Origin: an uncultured Chlorobiaceae bacterium
GTDB lineage: Bacteria; Bacteroidota; Chlorobiia; Chlorobiales; Chlorobiaceae
Direction: 5' to 3'
DNA length: 64,000 nucleotides
Assembly (NCBI GenBank): GCA_903839405.1
Contig: CAIMCD010000042.1
Span: forward strand, 2,518-66,517
A program made the translations under genes and the position numbers. The notes under the pieces were generated by a model that saw nothing but the letters and a program-made list of their open reading frames with translations, was not told where the DNA came from and did not search any database. How positions within the stretch are numbered: the first letter of the stretch is position 1; each line of letters opens with the position of its first letter. Positions 22,424 to 33,933 of this stretch are shown piece by piece.

Positions 22424-22879
22424 ATGGATAATGACAAGAAATCAGAAATCCTGCTTGCAGCATATCAGAAGCATGCTACTGAACTACTCGCTATTGAGGA
22501 AGCACAACAAAAACTCATAACACTTCTCTTGGCTATTCTGGGTGCCGGTGGCTCATTTCTTGCAGGCATGAAGACACCTCTGTCGGACGGCACGAAGGTA
22601 GGTATCACCGTAATCGTCGTTGCGATCATTCTTATTGGTCTTATCTACACGGCCGTTCGCAGCCGTGCTCGTGCCTCCACTCGCGCCCTTCTCGTCCGTT
22701 GTGAAATTGCACTCGGTTTTTACCAGTGTGGAGCATTCATCCCCAACGACACACTGTATGGCAAGACACTAAAGGAGTTTCCTGGTCGCGGTGGCTGGCT
22801 TAGCTGGAACTATGCACTTGTTCCTGCGACAGGAGTGGGGTTCCTCATTGTTCTCTGGACACTTCCCACTCATCCATAG
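22424..22879 (+). CDS. Hypothetical membrane protein (about 3 TM segments)
   Basis: 151-aa ORF with a strong RBS (AAGGAG) and three hydrophobic stretches. Confidence 0.75.
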   Translation: MDNDKKSEILLAAYQKHATELLAIEEAQQKLITLLLAILGAGGSFLAGMKTPLSDGTKVGITVIVVAIILIGLIYTAVRSRARASTRALLVRCEIALGFYQCGAFIPNDTLYGKTLKEFPGRGGWLSWNYALVPATGVGFLIVLWTLPTHP

Positions 22880-23146
22880 AAACGACACGCCTGAGAGGAG
22901 TCTCAACCCGGACACCCTCTCTCCGGAGCGGTGACACAAAACGATAATTTTATCCTGCTCCGGTTTTTCGGGAGGGGTTATGGTTCAAATTTCGAACTCT
23001 CTTCACGAAAACTGCATACCAAATATCCGGTATTTTTAATATCCTCTCTTTGCAACTCCCTCTAAATAGTGTTCTTTAGTAACGATCCCGCACAAGTCGG
23101 GCAGCGGGTGACTTGGTAAACTCAATCCAACAGAGAGAACGAGATA

Positions 23147-24367
23147 GTGATGAATAGTGCCGCTCGCTCAGAGAACGCTTTCCGGAAGCTTTTAACCTTT
23201 CGCATCCTGATTGTGCTTGCCTACCAGATCATGGGCATCGTGGTGGGATGGCACATTTACGAATTGACGCATGATACCCTTGCACTTGGCCTGATCGGGC
23301 TCGCCGAGGTGATTCCCTATTTTTGCTGCGCACTCTTTGCCGGCTATGCGGTCGACCACTATTCACGGCGCATGTTCGGCGTTGTTGCCAGTTTGCTCCT
23401 CTTTCTCAATGCGCTGACGCTGGCGGCGGTGTCGGCCGGGTGGATCAGCGGCAACCCGACCTTCTGGATCTACGGCTCCATCGCCATTAACGGCTTGGCT
23501 CGTGCCTTTATCGGCCCCTCGTACAGCGCCATGTTCGCCCTTATTTTGCCGCGTGACCAATATGCCCGCGCCTCGGGCATCGGCAGCTCGGTCTTTCAGC
23601 TCGGGCTGATCGCCGGGCCTGCCCTGGGAGGAATCATGGTTGGATGGGCCGGCAAAACAACGGCTTACGGCGTGGCTGCCCTCCTGTGCATTGCAGCAGC
23701 AGCAGCACTCTTTTCGCTCCGGGTCAAGGAACCGCCATCTGCCGCAAGCACGCCCATCTTCACCAGCATTGCGGGCGGAATACAATTTGTGTTCAGCAAC
23801 CAGGTTGTGCTTGGGGCGCAGTCGCTCGACATGTTTGCCGTGCTCTTCGGAGGTGCGGTGGCGATGCTGCCCGCCTTTATTCATGACGTCTATCACTACG
23901 GGCCGGAAGGACTTGGCCTGCTTCGGGCCGCTCCCGCCATCGGGGCTATCATAACCGGGCTCTTTTTGACCCGTCACCCCATCAACCGCCACGCCGGGCG
24001 CTGGCTGCTCGGTGCCGTTGCCGGTTTCGGCCTCTGCATCATCTCCTTTGCGCTCTCCTCAAACATCTGGATTGCGGGCATCATGCTGATGCTCTCCGGC
24101 ATTTGCGACGGGGTATCGGTAGTGATGCGCACCACCATCATGCAGCTTGCCACACCGGATGAGATGCGCGGACGGGTTTCGGCCATCAACGGCATCTTTA
24201 TCGGCTCATCCAACGAACTGGGCGCATTTGAATCGGGCATTGCCTCACGCCTCTTCGGGCTGATCCCCTCGGTTATTTTCGGAGGCGTGATGACGCTCGG
24301 AGTGGTGGCCACCACGGCAAAACTGGCTCCGAAACTGCGGCGGCTGGAGCTGCACCAGCTCTACTGA
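23147..24367 (+). CDS. MFS transporter (DHA3/EntS-like)
   Basis: About 12 TM helices; GYAVDHYSRR motif A variant; QLATPDEMRGRVSA motif. Confidence 0.9.
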   Translation: MMNSAARSENAFRKLLTFRILIVLAYQIMGIVVGWHIYELTHDTLALGLIGLAEVIPYFCCALFAGYAVDHYSRRMFGVVASLLLFLNALTLAAVSAGWISGNPTFWIYGSIAINGLARAFIGPSYSAMFALILPRDQYARASGIGSSVFQLGLIAGPALGGIMVGWAGKTTAYGVAALLCIAAAAALFSLRVKEPPSAASTPIFTSIAGGIQFVFSNQVVLGAQSLDMFAVLFGGAVAMLPAFIHDVYHYGPEGLGLLRAAPAIGAIITGLFLTRHPINRHAGRWLLGAVAGFGLCIISFALSSNIWIAGIMLMLSGICDGVSVVMRTTIMQLATPDEMRGRVSAINGIFIGSSNELGAFESGIASRLFGLIPSVIFGGVMTLGVVATTAKLAPKLRRLELHQLY

Positions 24368-24414
24368 TTAAGGGTGGGCTGAAAGAAAAAGAGCCGCACC
24401 CTTCGTTTCAGTGT

Positions 24415-24975
24415 TTAGAGGGAACGGTTGAGGCTTATGCCATAACCCGAGCTGGTGACCGCTGGCCGTATGTTCCACGCTTTATAGGGAGTTGTAAAGA
24501 GGTAACTGCTTCCGATGCCGATAACGGCTCCGGCAAGCACGTCGCGCGTATGGTGCTGATTGGACTCAACCCGGCTGTAGCCGACAAATGAAGCTATCAC
24601 GTATGCCGGTATACCGTAGTTCCACCCGTAGCGCTCACGGATAAACTCGGCCGAGGCAAATGAGACGGAGGTGTGGCCCGAGGGGAAGGAGTGGTCGCCG
24701 CCATTGGGCCGCTTGGCAGGAATGGTGTACTTCAGACCGTAGGTTACGGCAAGCGTCAAGGCTCCAGACTCCGCCAACTGCTCTAACCCCTCATGATCGT
24801 GGCGAGAGAGCGCGAGCCCGGCCGCACCGGCGGGTAGCACAAGCTGAAGAATTTCGCCCGCTGTTTCAATGCCGTCACTTGCCCTCGCTGTATCGGCAAA
24901 AACAAGGGAGAAGAGCACCAGCAGGCAAGAGAGCCATCCCTTCGCCACATTTAAAAAACCACGCTTCATACGCAA
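24415..24975 (-). CDS. PAP2-family phosphatase
   Basis: KRP, SFPSGH and SRVESNQHHTRDVLAG motifs; N-terminal signal or TM segment. Confidence 0.88.
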   Translation of the reverse strand: MRMKRGFLNVAKGWLSCLLVLFSLVFADTARASDGIETAGEILQLVLPAGAAGLALSRHDHEGLEQLAESGALTLAVTYGLKYTIPAKRPNGGDHSFPSGHTSVSFASAEFIRERYGWNYGIPAYVIASFVGYSRVESNQHHTRDVLAGAVIGIGSSYLFTTPYKAWNIRPAVTSSGYGISLNRSL

Positions 24976-25010
24976 AAATAGTTACGGTTAAATAAAAATT
25001 CACGGCCAAC

Positions 25011-26123
25011 TCAGGCAAGCAGCACCGCACAGATAGCATCAATCTCCTCATCCTTCAGGTAGGGATGCATCGGGAGAGAGAAAATCCTGTTGCTCAGATC
25101 CTCCGAAACCGGGAAATCACCCGCCTTATAACCAAGGAATGCATAGGCTTTCTGGAGATGGAGCGGAATTTTGTAGTAGATCATGGTCGGAACTTTGGCC
25201 TGCTGCAAAAGCCCGATGAGCTGATCGCGCTCTTCCGCTGAAGCCGCAAGCACCGAGTATTGGGCCCAGACCGAGCGGTACCCTTCCGGAGTCCGGGGCA
25301 CCACCACCCTTTTGTGCAGCTTTTCGGTATAGCGATCGGCAACGCGTTGGCGCCGTTCAAGCTCATCGTCAAAAATCGTGAGCTTTTCAAGCAGCACAGC
25401 CGCCTGGAAGGAGTCGAGCCGACCGTTGATGCCAATCCGTTCGTTGTTGTACTTGTCGCTACCGCTGCCGTGAACCCTTACGGAACGCAAGAGCCCGTCA
25501 AGCTCATCGTCATCCGTGAAAATCGCCCCGCCGTCACCATAGCATCCCAGCGGTTTGGCCGGAAAAAACGAGGTCGCCCCAACCAGGCCGAAGCTCCCCG
25601 CCTTACGGCCCTGGAAGCTTCCTCCAAAACTCTGGGCTGCATCCTCAAGAACCCAGAGCTTGTAAGCCGCCGCAATGGCCGAAATGCGATCATACTCCGC
25701 TGGCAGACCAAAGAGATCAACCGGAATAATGGCTTTGGGTTTCAGACCCCGCTGAACCGCCTCATCAACCGCATGGCCGATCAGATCCGGATCCATATTG
25801 AAGGTATCCGGCAATACATCAACAAAAACCGGAGTCGCTCCAGTGAGGCTGATCACCTCGGCTGAGGCAAAAAAGGTAAAGGGTGTGGTGAGTACCGCAT
25901 CCCCAGGGCCGATCCCTTTGGCAAGGAGAGGCATCAAAAGCGCGTCGGTGCCAGAGGAGCAGGAGACACAGTGGCGCGAGCCAACATAGCCGGCAAGGCG
26001 TGACTCAAGCTCACTCACTTCGGGCCCCATGATAAACTGGCCACGGTCCACAATATCTTCAAGGCGGCGAAGCAGGGAGGTCCGTATCCGCTCTTTCTGC
26101 GAAAGCAGGTCGATAAATTGCAT
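25011..26123 (-). CDS. DegT/DnrJ/EryC1/StrS-family PLP-dependent aminotransferase
   Basis: SSGTDAL, EDAAQSFG, SFFPAKPLGCYGDGG and INGRLDSFQAAVL motifs. Confidence 0.93.
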   Translation of the reverse strand: MQFIDLLSQKERIRTSLLRRLEDIVDRGQFIMGPEVSELESRLAGYVGSRHCVSCSSGTDALLMPLLAKGIGPGDAVLTTPFTFFASAEVISLTGATPVFVDVLPDTFNMDPDLIGHAVDEAVQRGLKPKAIIPVDLFGLPAEYDRISAIAAAYKLWVLEDAAQSFGGSFQGRKAGSFGLVGATSFFPAKPLGCYGDGGAIFTDDDELDGLLRSVRVHGSGSDKYNNERIGINGRLDSFQAAVLLEKLTIFDDELERRQRVADRYTEKLHKRVVVPRTPEGYRSVWAQYSVLAASAEERDQLIGLLQQAKVPTMIYYKIPLHLQKAYAFLGYKAGDFPVSEDLSNRIFSLPMHPYLKDEEIDAICAVLLA

Positions 26124-26421
26124 AACTGGTAGTGATTGAAATCGTTTAAAAGTGTGAGGGCAAAATACAGATTCATTTTATTCTTTTTCAGCCGCCATCA
26201 CGATTCTTTCCTCTCCAGATGCGTCGTTTGGACATTTTCCACCCTCTCCGACGAAAAAAATTCCTTATGAACGGCTCGACTGGACAAGGTAGCGCTCTCT
26301 GCTGCCACCACGGAGCGGCTCGGCTGTTGCGCTCCAGACGATTTTTGTGTATATAAATAGCAAGGAAAAACAGAACCGGCACCGGCCTCTACACCAATCC
26401 GAAAAAGACAATCTGCCAACG

Positions 26422-27849
26422 ATGAGCTCCATCTACTTTCTTGGTATCGGCGGTACCGCAATGGCATCCGTTGCCGTGGCCCTGACCCATGCCGGCCATG
26501 CCATTACCGGATCTGATACACAGCTCTACCCTCCCATGAGCACCTTTCTTGACGAGCATAATATCCGTTACTTCACCGGCTTTTCAGAAGAGAACCTGCA
26601 GAGCGCCTCGCCCGATATGGTTGTTGTCGGCAATGCCATCAGCCGGGGAAATGTGGAACTCGAATATGCGCTTGACCACCACCTTGAGCTGGTGACCATG
26701 CCGGACTTGGTACGGAACCAGTTGATCGGCCAGAACACCTCCATCGTCGTCACCGGCACGCATGGCAAAACCACCACCACCTCGCTCATTGCCTGGCTGC
26801 TCGAACATGGCGGCCTTAAACCGGGATTTCTGGTTGGCGGCATCCCGGAAAATTTCTCCATCGGATGCCGGGCATCGGGTCGAATTGAGGGTGGGTTTTT
26901 TGTGACAGAAGGGGATGAGTACGATACCGCCTTTTTTGACAAGCGCAGCAAGTTCCTGCTCTACCGCCCCGATATTGCCATCATCAATAACATTGAGTTT
27001 GACCACGCCGACATTTTCAGCTCCCTTGAAGAAGTCAAGCGCAGCTTCCGCCTCTTGGTCAACCTTGTGCCCCGAAACGGCACCATCCTCGTCAACGGTG
27101 ACGATCCGGTCGCTCTGGAAATTGCTTCAAAGGCATTTTGCCGGGTTGAGCGGTTCGGGCTGAACAGCGAGTCGGAGTGGAGCGCCCGGAACATCTCAAC
27201 CGAAAGCGAAGCCTCCTCTTTTGAACTCTACTACAAAGGGGCTCTCTCGGGAACGATCCATATTCCGCTCTTTGGCAACTACAATATCATGAACACCCTC
27301 GGGGCCATAGCCGCCGCGCACCATACCGGCCTCTCGCTTGAAGCCATCCGGCGTGCCACGCCCCTCTTCCGGCGGCCAAAACGGCGGATGGAAATTATCG
27401 GCACCTCCCGGCGAAACATCACCCTTGTGGAGGATTTTGCCCACCACCCGACGGCGGTCAAAGTCACGCTTGAGGCACTCCAGCAGCTCTACCGTGGCCG
27501 GCGGATTGTAACCTGTTTTGAGCCACGCTCCAACACCACCACCCGCAACATCTTCCAGCAGGAGCTTTCGGAGTGCTTCGGCCCGGCCTCTGTTGTGGTT
27601 ATGGGCAAGGTTCACCGCCCTGAACGCTATGCTCCCGAAGCCTCACTCAACACCGCCCTTTTAAAAGAGGCACTGCAACAACAGGGAAAAACCGTCTTTC
27701 TTGCCGGCCTTACCCCCGGCAACTATCCGGAGGATATTATTGCCTTCCTGCAGGAAGAGCTCAGGGATGGAGATGTTCTGGCCGTGCTGAGCAACGGCAG
27801 CTTTGCCAACCTGAAAAACCTCCTGACCGAAAGTTTTATAAAAAAGTAG
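26422..27849 (+). CDS. mpl: Murein peptide ligase Mpl
   Basis: IYFLGIGGTAM, VTGTHGKTTTT, EGDEYDTAFFDKRSKF, DFAHHPTA and FEPRSNT motifs; start placed at MSSIYF (26422). Confidence 0.9.
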   Translation: MSSIYFLGIGGTAMASVAVALTHAGHAITGSDTQLYPPMSTFLDEHNIRYFTGFSEENLQSASPDMVVVGNAISRGNVELEYALDHHLELVTMPDLVRNQLIGQNTSIVVTGTHGKTTTTSLIAWLLEHGGLKPGFLVGGIPENFSIGCRASGRIEGGFFVTEGDEYDTAFFDKRSKFLLYRPDIAIINNIEFDHADIFSSLEEVKRSFRLLVNLVPRNGTILVNGDDPVALEIASKAFCRVERFGLNSESEWSARNISTESEASSFELYYKGALSGTIHIPLFGNYNIMNTLGAIAAAHHTGLSLEAIRRATPLFRRPKRRMEIIGTSRRNITLVEDFAHHPTAVKVTLEALQQLYRGRRIVTCFEPRSNTTTRNIFQQELSECFGPASVVVMGKVHRPERYAPEASLNTALLKEALQQQGKTVFLAGLTPGNYPEDIIAFLQEELRDGDVLAVLSNGSFANLKNLLTESFIKK

Positions 27850-27944
27850 TACATATTTCCAATTTCAAATTATATCTTGGTAGATATTTTTCGCCCTGAA
27901 ACAGGCGCTCTTTACTGTTTTTTATACAGTTAACTCCAACGTAA

Positions 27945-28970
<1,026 letters not shown>

Positions 28971-28997
28971 AAAACTCTTTTCAGAGTGGTATTGACC

Positions 28998-29027
28998 AAA
29001 AAAGGCGCTCTCGGGCGCCTTTTTTTT
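28998..29027 (+). terminator. Intrinsic terminator of gap
   Basis: AAAAAAGGCGC-TCTCGG-GCGCCTTTTTTTT hairpin with T tract. Confidence 0.85.
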
Positions 29028-29119
29028 GTGCGATCATGCGTAATCGCACACCTCTTTTCGGGTTTTTTGACTTATTTTAGAAGCAGAACTCCCCAATAAC
29101 TCGCCAACCACCCTTTTTT

Positions 29120-29581
29120 ATGACACCTACAGCACAGAAACCCATCAGGGCCATTATCCTGTTCGACAGCCGGACTTCAGGCGGATCAACCGAAAAGCTT
29201 ATTGATGCCATCGGCCGGGAACTTGCCGCCACGGGCGCTTATGTTGAAAAAGCAAAGTGCAAGAGCACAGGAGATTACAGCTTTGTTGAAGAGTTTGACC
29301 TGGTCATCATGGGTGCCCCGATCTACTATCTGCTGGTCTCATCACAACTGCTTGGCGCCTTGATACAGAGCAACCTGAAAAAGTATCTGGCAGGAAAAAA
29401 AGTTGCGCTCTTTCTCACCTGCGGCAGCCCTGAACTGATGGCCAACCTCGTCTACATGCCGCAACTGAAAATGCATCTTGGTGGAAACGAGATTCTGGCC
29501 GAAAAGATTTTCGCCCCGGATGAGGTTGCAAATCCAGCCATCATCGCACAATTTGTCGATCAGATCAGCAAGGGGTGCTGA
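29120..29581 (+). CDS. Flavodoxin-like protein
   Basis: FDSRTSGGSTEKL phosphate-binding-like loop; DLVIMGAPIY and VALFLTCG flavodoxin-fold strands. Confidence 0.75.
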   Translation: MTPTAQKPIRAIILFDSRTSGGSTEKLIDAIGRELAATGAYVEKAKCKSTGDYSFVEEFDLVIMGAPIYYLLVSSQLLGALIQSNLKKYLAGKKVALFLTCGSPELMANLVYMPQLKMHLGGNEILAEKIFAPDEVANPAIIAQFVDQISKGC

Positions 29582-29628
29582 AAACAGGGGTGAGTTACAG
29601 AGATCCATCTTCCGACGATCGTAAACAG

Positions 29629-29659
29629 AAAAAGGCCGGTTTTTCAGCCGGCCTTTTCC
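29629..29659. terminator. Bidirectional terminator between the flavodoxin-like gene and dnaJ
   Basis: AAAAGGCCGG...CCGGCCTTTT inverted repeat. Confidence 0.75.
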
Positions 29660-29688
29660 ATCAGTTGCAATCCTTCACTCACACCAGC

Positions 29689-30882
29689 TTAACTGAAGAT
29701 GTCACGGGCTTTTTCGAAAAAGCTCTTGGCATTACGATCATTGTGCGCTGTGGGTGAAATCCCTGCTGACTTCTTGAGATCCTTCAACAGCTCCTTGTCC
29801 TGGTGTGAAAGCTCTTTTGGAACATAAACATTGACTTTGACATACTGGTCTCCCCTGCCCGATCCTCTCAGGTGGCCGATACCGTGACCCGCAATACGGA
29901 GCATGGTTTCCGGCTGTGTCGCAGGCGGAATGGTCAGCTTGATTGCCCCGTCAAGCGTGGGGACTTCCACCTTTGTGCCGAGCACAAGGTCGGGGAAACT
30001 GACCGCAAGGGTGTAAATAACATCGTTGCCATTGCGGGAGAAGAGCTCATGCGGGATCTCCTCAATCACCACAATCAGGTCGCCGGGCGCACCACCTCTC
30101 GGCCCGCTGTTGCCCTGGCCGCGCAGGGTAAGGTAGTTGCCGCTCTCAACTCCGGCCGGCACGGTCACCTTGACCGTCACCTCGCCAAGCTTGATCCCTT
30201 CACCGTAACAGGCTGGGCAACGATCCTTGATGATGCGCCCTTCACCGCCACACTTCGGGCAGGCAACAATATTGACAAACTGGCCAAACATGGTTTTCGA
30301 TGCCTGGCGCACCTCTCCTGCGCCGTGGCAGGTCGGGCAGCTCTCGGAGGCACCTGACTTTGAACCGCTGCCGTTACACTCTTTGCAGGTGACCTGTTTT
30401 TTTATCTTCAGGGTTTTTTCAACCCCTTTTGCTACCTCTTCAAGGGTAAGCTTAAGCTTTATTTTCAAGTCAGTTCCAGGAATACCAACCGATGCCTGAC
30501 CTCTTCGGCCACCACCACCAAAGACCTCTTCAAAGCCGAAGGGAGCCCCGCCACCACGCTGCCGGCCGCCACTGAACATATCGTTGAAGGCGCTGAAAAT
30601 ATCACCCAAATCACTCGCACCTCCGCCATACTGCCCACCACCACCGGATGCGGCTGAAGAGCCGACACCGGCATGGCCGAACTGATCGTAACGACGCCGC
30701 TTGTCATCGTTGCTCAGCACCTCGTAGGCTTCATTGACCTCCTTGAAATGCTCTTCGGCATCCTTGTTGTCAGGATTTTTATCCGGGTGAAACTGCAGGG
30801 CCAGCTTCCGGTAAGCCTTTTTTATCTCATCCTTGGTCGCGGTACGGCTAACGCCAAGAACCTCGTAATATTCTCTCTTCAT
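29689..30882 (-). CDS. dnaJ: Chaperone DnaJ
   Basis: J domain with HPD, G/F-rich region and four CxxCxGxG zinc motifs. Confidence 0.98.
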   Translation of the reverse strand: MKREYYEVLGVSRTATKDEIKKAYRKLALQFHPDKNPDNKDAEEHFKEVNEAYEVLSNDDKRRRYDQFGHAGVGSSAASGGGGQYGGGASDLGDIFSAFNDMFSGGRQRGGGAPFGFEEVFGGGGRRGQASVGIPGTDLKIKLKLTLEEVAKGVEKTLKIKKQVTCKECNGSGSKSGASESCPTCHGAGEVRQASKTMFGQFVNIVACPKCGGEGRIIKDRCPACYGEGIKLGEVTVKVTVPAGVESGNYLTLRGQGNSGPRGGAPGDLIVVIEEIPHELFSRNGNDVIYTLAVSFPDLVLGTKVEVPTLDGAIKLTIPPATQPETMLRIAGHGIGHLRGSGRGDQYVKVNVYVPKELSHQDKELLKDLKKSAGISPTAHNDRNAKSFFEKARDIFS

Positions 30883-30940
30883 AATAAAACCAGCAAATTT
30901 GCTTCTCGGTCAATGTATTGTAAAAAAATTACCCCTGATC

Positions 30941-31570
30941 TTACCGGGCAACGATAACCTTCGCATGGCGGATCACCTTCTCACCGAGCAGGTATCCGGT
31001 CTGGTACTCTTCGATAATGGTCTCGGATTCGGCTTCAGGATGATCAATCTGCGAGATCGCTTCATGAAAATTCACATCAAGCTTCATGCCTTTTGAATCT
31101 ATTGCTTTAACCCCTTTATCACCAAGCCACTTTTCAAGATTTTTCTTCACCAGCTCCATCGCCTCAATATAGGGGCGGGCTTCAGCCGAGGGCTCGGCAC
31201 TCTGGGAGGCAAACTGGAGCACCCGCTTGACATCATCCATAACCGGAAGCAGCTCGCGAATAACATTTTCAAGCGCTCTGGAAGCCGCCATCAGGGATTC
31301 GCGCTCTTTCTGTTTACGGAAATTCTCAAACTCGGCCGCTTTGCGCAGCAGCTCGTCCCGGTACCGGCCCGCCTGCTCTTTCTGCTGACTCACTTCCGCT
31401 TCAAGTTCAGCAACCCTTTGCGCCAAGGGATCAGATCCCGCTGCAGAGGCCTCCTGCGGCACCTCCCACTCCTGGGCAGGATCGACGGTAATATCCACAT
31501 TTTTCGAACCCTCATCACTCCCTGCTCCCTCTTCCGAACTCTTTTGATCCTTTATCTCTTTGTTGATCAT
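30941..31570 (-). CDS. grpE: Nucleotide exchange factor GrpE
   Basis: [21 protein letters not shown] and [15 protein letters not shown] motifs. Confidence 0.95.
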   Translation of the reverse strand: MINKEIKDQKSSEEGAGSDEGSKNVDITVDPAQEWEVPQEASAAGSDPLAQRVAELEAEVSQQKEQAGRYRDELLRKAAEFENFRKQKERESLMAASRALENVIRELLPVMDDVKRVLQFASQSAEPSAEARPYIEAMELVKKNLEKWLGDKGVKAIDSKGMKLDVNFHEAISQIDHPEAESETIIEEYQTGYLLGEKVIRHAKVIVAR

Positions 31571-31590
31571 TATCTTTTTACCTGTATGGT

Positions 31591-32664
31591 TTAGTTAACA
31601 TCCGATAACGTTGAAGAAAGGCAATCCGCCATATAGTTAAGCACGCGGACTGCATGTTCATAATCCATTCTTTTCGGGCCAAGTATCCCGATTTTACCGA
31701 CCATGTTGCCAACATAGTAAGGGGTTGAAACAATGGTCAAATCTTCCGGCTGCCGTTCACTGTTCTCCTTGCCGATGCTGATGGTGATATCCTGACCTGA
31801 TGGCCCCACAAGCTCAAGGGAGGGGCCGCTGTATTCAACCAGCTTGGCCACACTGAACTTGTCCTCAATCATGGTAATCAGCTCCCGTACCTTTTCTGGC
31901 TGCTTGAACTCCGGCTGATCGACAATATATTCAGTGCCGGAAATGTAGAGCCGCTCCAGAATGGGCGACTCATCAAAAAGAGTTCCGGCAGAGCGCACAA
32001 TCAGATTGGTCAGGGCAAGGTCGCAAACACATCCGCTCAGCCGCCGGTTAATGGATCGACGAATTTCCGCAAGGGTCAGGCCCGAAAGGCGCTGATTGAG
32101 CACATCGACCACCTCATCAACCCGCTGACGTGAAAGCTCCATATCGAGTTCCATCACAATAGTCTTCACAAAGAGCGACTGGATGGAGAGAATAACCATC
32201 ATCCTGGTCGAACTGAGCAGCACCATGTCGAGCTTTTCAAAAATCGCGTTGGAGAGCGCGGGTGACAACACAACGCTCAACTGCTTTGAAACACTCCCGA
32301 GAACCTTGGCCGCGGAAAACAGCACATCGGAAGATGTTGCCTTGCGATCACTGCCACTTTGAGAGATATCCTCCGAAATTCTCTTTTTCTCCTTTTCATC
32401 AAGACTCTGCACGGTCATGATGAGATCAACATAATAACGGTACCCCTTGTCGGTCGGAATTCTTCCGGCCGAAGTATGTGGCTGGCTGATATAGCCTTCA
32501 CCCTCAAGGTCGGCCATCACCTTGCGGATCGTGGCGTCGGAGAGGCCAAGGTTATAGTGCTGGGCAATATATTTCGAACCTATCGGCGCCGCAGTAACGA
32601 CATAGGACTGTATAACAATACCGAGCACCTGCCGCTCACGCAAGCTGAGTTCACGAGCATCCAT
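31591..32664 (-). CDS. hrcA: Heat-inducible transcription repressor HrcA
   Basis: [33 protein letters not shown] and [10 protein letters not shown] motifs; start placed at MDAREL. Confidence 0.96.
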   Translation of the reverse strand: MDARELSLRERQVLGIVIQSYVVTAAPIGSKYIAQHYNLGLSDATIRKVMADLEGEGYISQPHTSAGRIPTDKGYRYYVDLIMTVQSLDEKEKKRISEDISQSGSDRKATSSDVLFSAAKVLGSVSKQLSVVLSPALSNAIFEKLDMVLLSSTRMMVILSIQSLFVKTIVMELDMELSRQRVDEVVDVLNQRLSGLTLAEIRRSINRRLSGCVCDLALTNLIVRSAGTLFDESPILERLYISGTEYIVDQPEFKQPEKVRELITMIEDKFSVAKLVEYSGPSLELVGPSGQDITISIGKENSERQPEDLTIVSTPYYVGNMVGKIGILGPKRMDYEHAVRVLNYMADCLSSTLSDVN

Positions 32665-32843
32665 CAACGTAGAGCATAACAATTACCATTACATATAAAT
32701 ACAAATCAGAAAAAAATGAAGGTAAAAAACCAATCGTTTTTTTACGCACCTTGCATCTTTATGATACGAAAGCTTCAATATACCGCCACAACTTTGTTTT
32801 ACGAAAAAAACCAAAAAAGAGCAGGCCCCCGGTTCCAGATCTT

Positions 32844-33734
32844 TTACGAATGCTGGCCCGAAATCACCCGGTCATGCTGGCTGTAATCCTTCAAAACGGT
32901 GATTGATGAGAAGCCCTCGGCGGCCATGAGTGCTGAAACCTCCTGAGCGGCATCCGAATGGAGTTCAAGAGAGAGCTTGCCGCCCGGCAGCAGAAGCTTG
33001 GGGCCGAGGGCCGCAAGCGCCTGGTAGCACTCCATCCCCGAAGGGGTGGTCAGCGCAACTTCCGGCTCAAACTGCCGCACCTCACGCTGCAACCCTTCCC
33101 ACTCACTCCTCGGAATATAGGGCGGATTGGAAATAACCAGGTCATAAGCCGCGCCCTGCAGTGCGCCCACAAACGCCTCACTCTGCATATCAGCCAGGAT
33201 AAAGCTCACCCGCGACTCCACGCCAAGTTTTTCGGCATTCAGGCGCGCAACCTCAAGGGCCCGGGGAGAACAATCAACCGCCGTAACCTGCAGGTTTAAG
33301 CAAAGCTTGGCCATGGTGAGGGCAATGCAGCCGCTGCCGGTACCAATATCCAGCACCTTCACCTCTCCGTCGCCGCCCCGGTTTGAAAAGCCGAGCAATT
33401 CAAGCGCATGTTCCACCAGAAGTTCGGTTTCAGGACGGGGAATAAGCACCCGCTCATCCACCTGAAACCGGAGCCCGTAAAAATACTGCTCGCCAAGAAT
33501 ATACTGCACCGGCCGCCCTTCGAGCCGCTCACGGCAAAGCACCCTGAAGCGCTCAAGTTCATCCTGATAGACCGGCCGGTTGTAGTGCAAATATAAATCA
33601 AGCCGGCTCTTACCAAGCACATGGGCAAGCAGAAGCTCGGCGCTGATGCGCGGCTCATCAACATTTTTCGACGTAAAAAAATCGGTGGTTGTTTTTAAGA
33701 GCTCGACAACCTGCCACTCTTTAAGTTGCTCCAT
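32844..33734 (-). CDS. prmC: Release factor glutamine methyltransferase PrmC (HemK)
   Basis: RVLIPRPETE, LDIGTGSGCIA and SNPPYI motifs; start placed at MEQLKEW. Confidence 0.95.
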   Translation of the reverse strand: MEQLKEWQVVELLKTTTDFFTSKNVDEPRISAELLLAHVLGKSRLDLYLHYNRPVYQDELERFRVLCRERLEGRPVQYILGEQYFYGLRFQVDERVLIPRPETELLVEHALELLGFSNRGGDGEVKVLDIGTGSGCIALTMAKLCLNLQVTAVDCSPRALEVARLNAEKLGVESRVSFILADMQSEAFVGALQGAAYDLVISNPPYIPRSEWEGLQREVRQFEPEVALTTPSGMECYQALAALGPKLLLPGGKLSLELHSDAAQEVSALMAAEGFSSITVLKDYSQHDRVISGQHS

Positions 33735-33933
33735 CCCTCTTTGGTTAAACCCCACGTTTGTGTGCTCATCCCCTGACGGATGCAGCAAAAGCTGAAAAAC
33801 AAAGAGAAGGGGATCTTCTCCATAAAAAAGATCATCTCCCGTTCCCTTACAAATTGTACATTAGTTTTCGCCCTCAGGTAACCAGAGCCAGCAAAAACTG
33901 AATAGAGTGTACAATATGCAATATCATGCCACG

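Noticed and set aside
23040-23120. Pistol ribozyme (TAAATAG at 23063-23069), Na+/Li+ riboswitch (GTCGGGC) or 16S rRNA fragment (CCCGCACAAG)
   Set aside because: Only isolated words match; the required flanking stems and conserved elements are absent.
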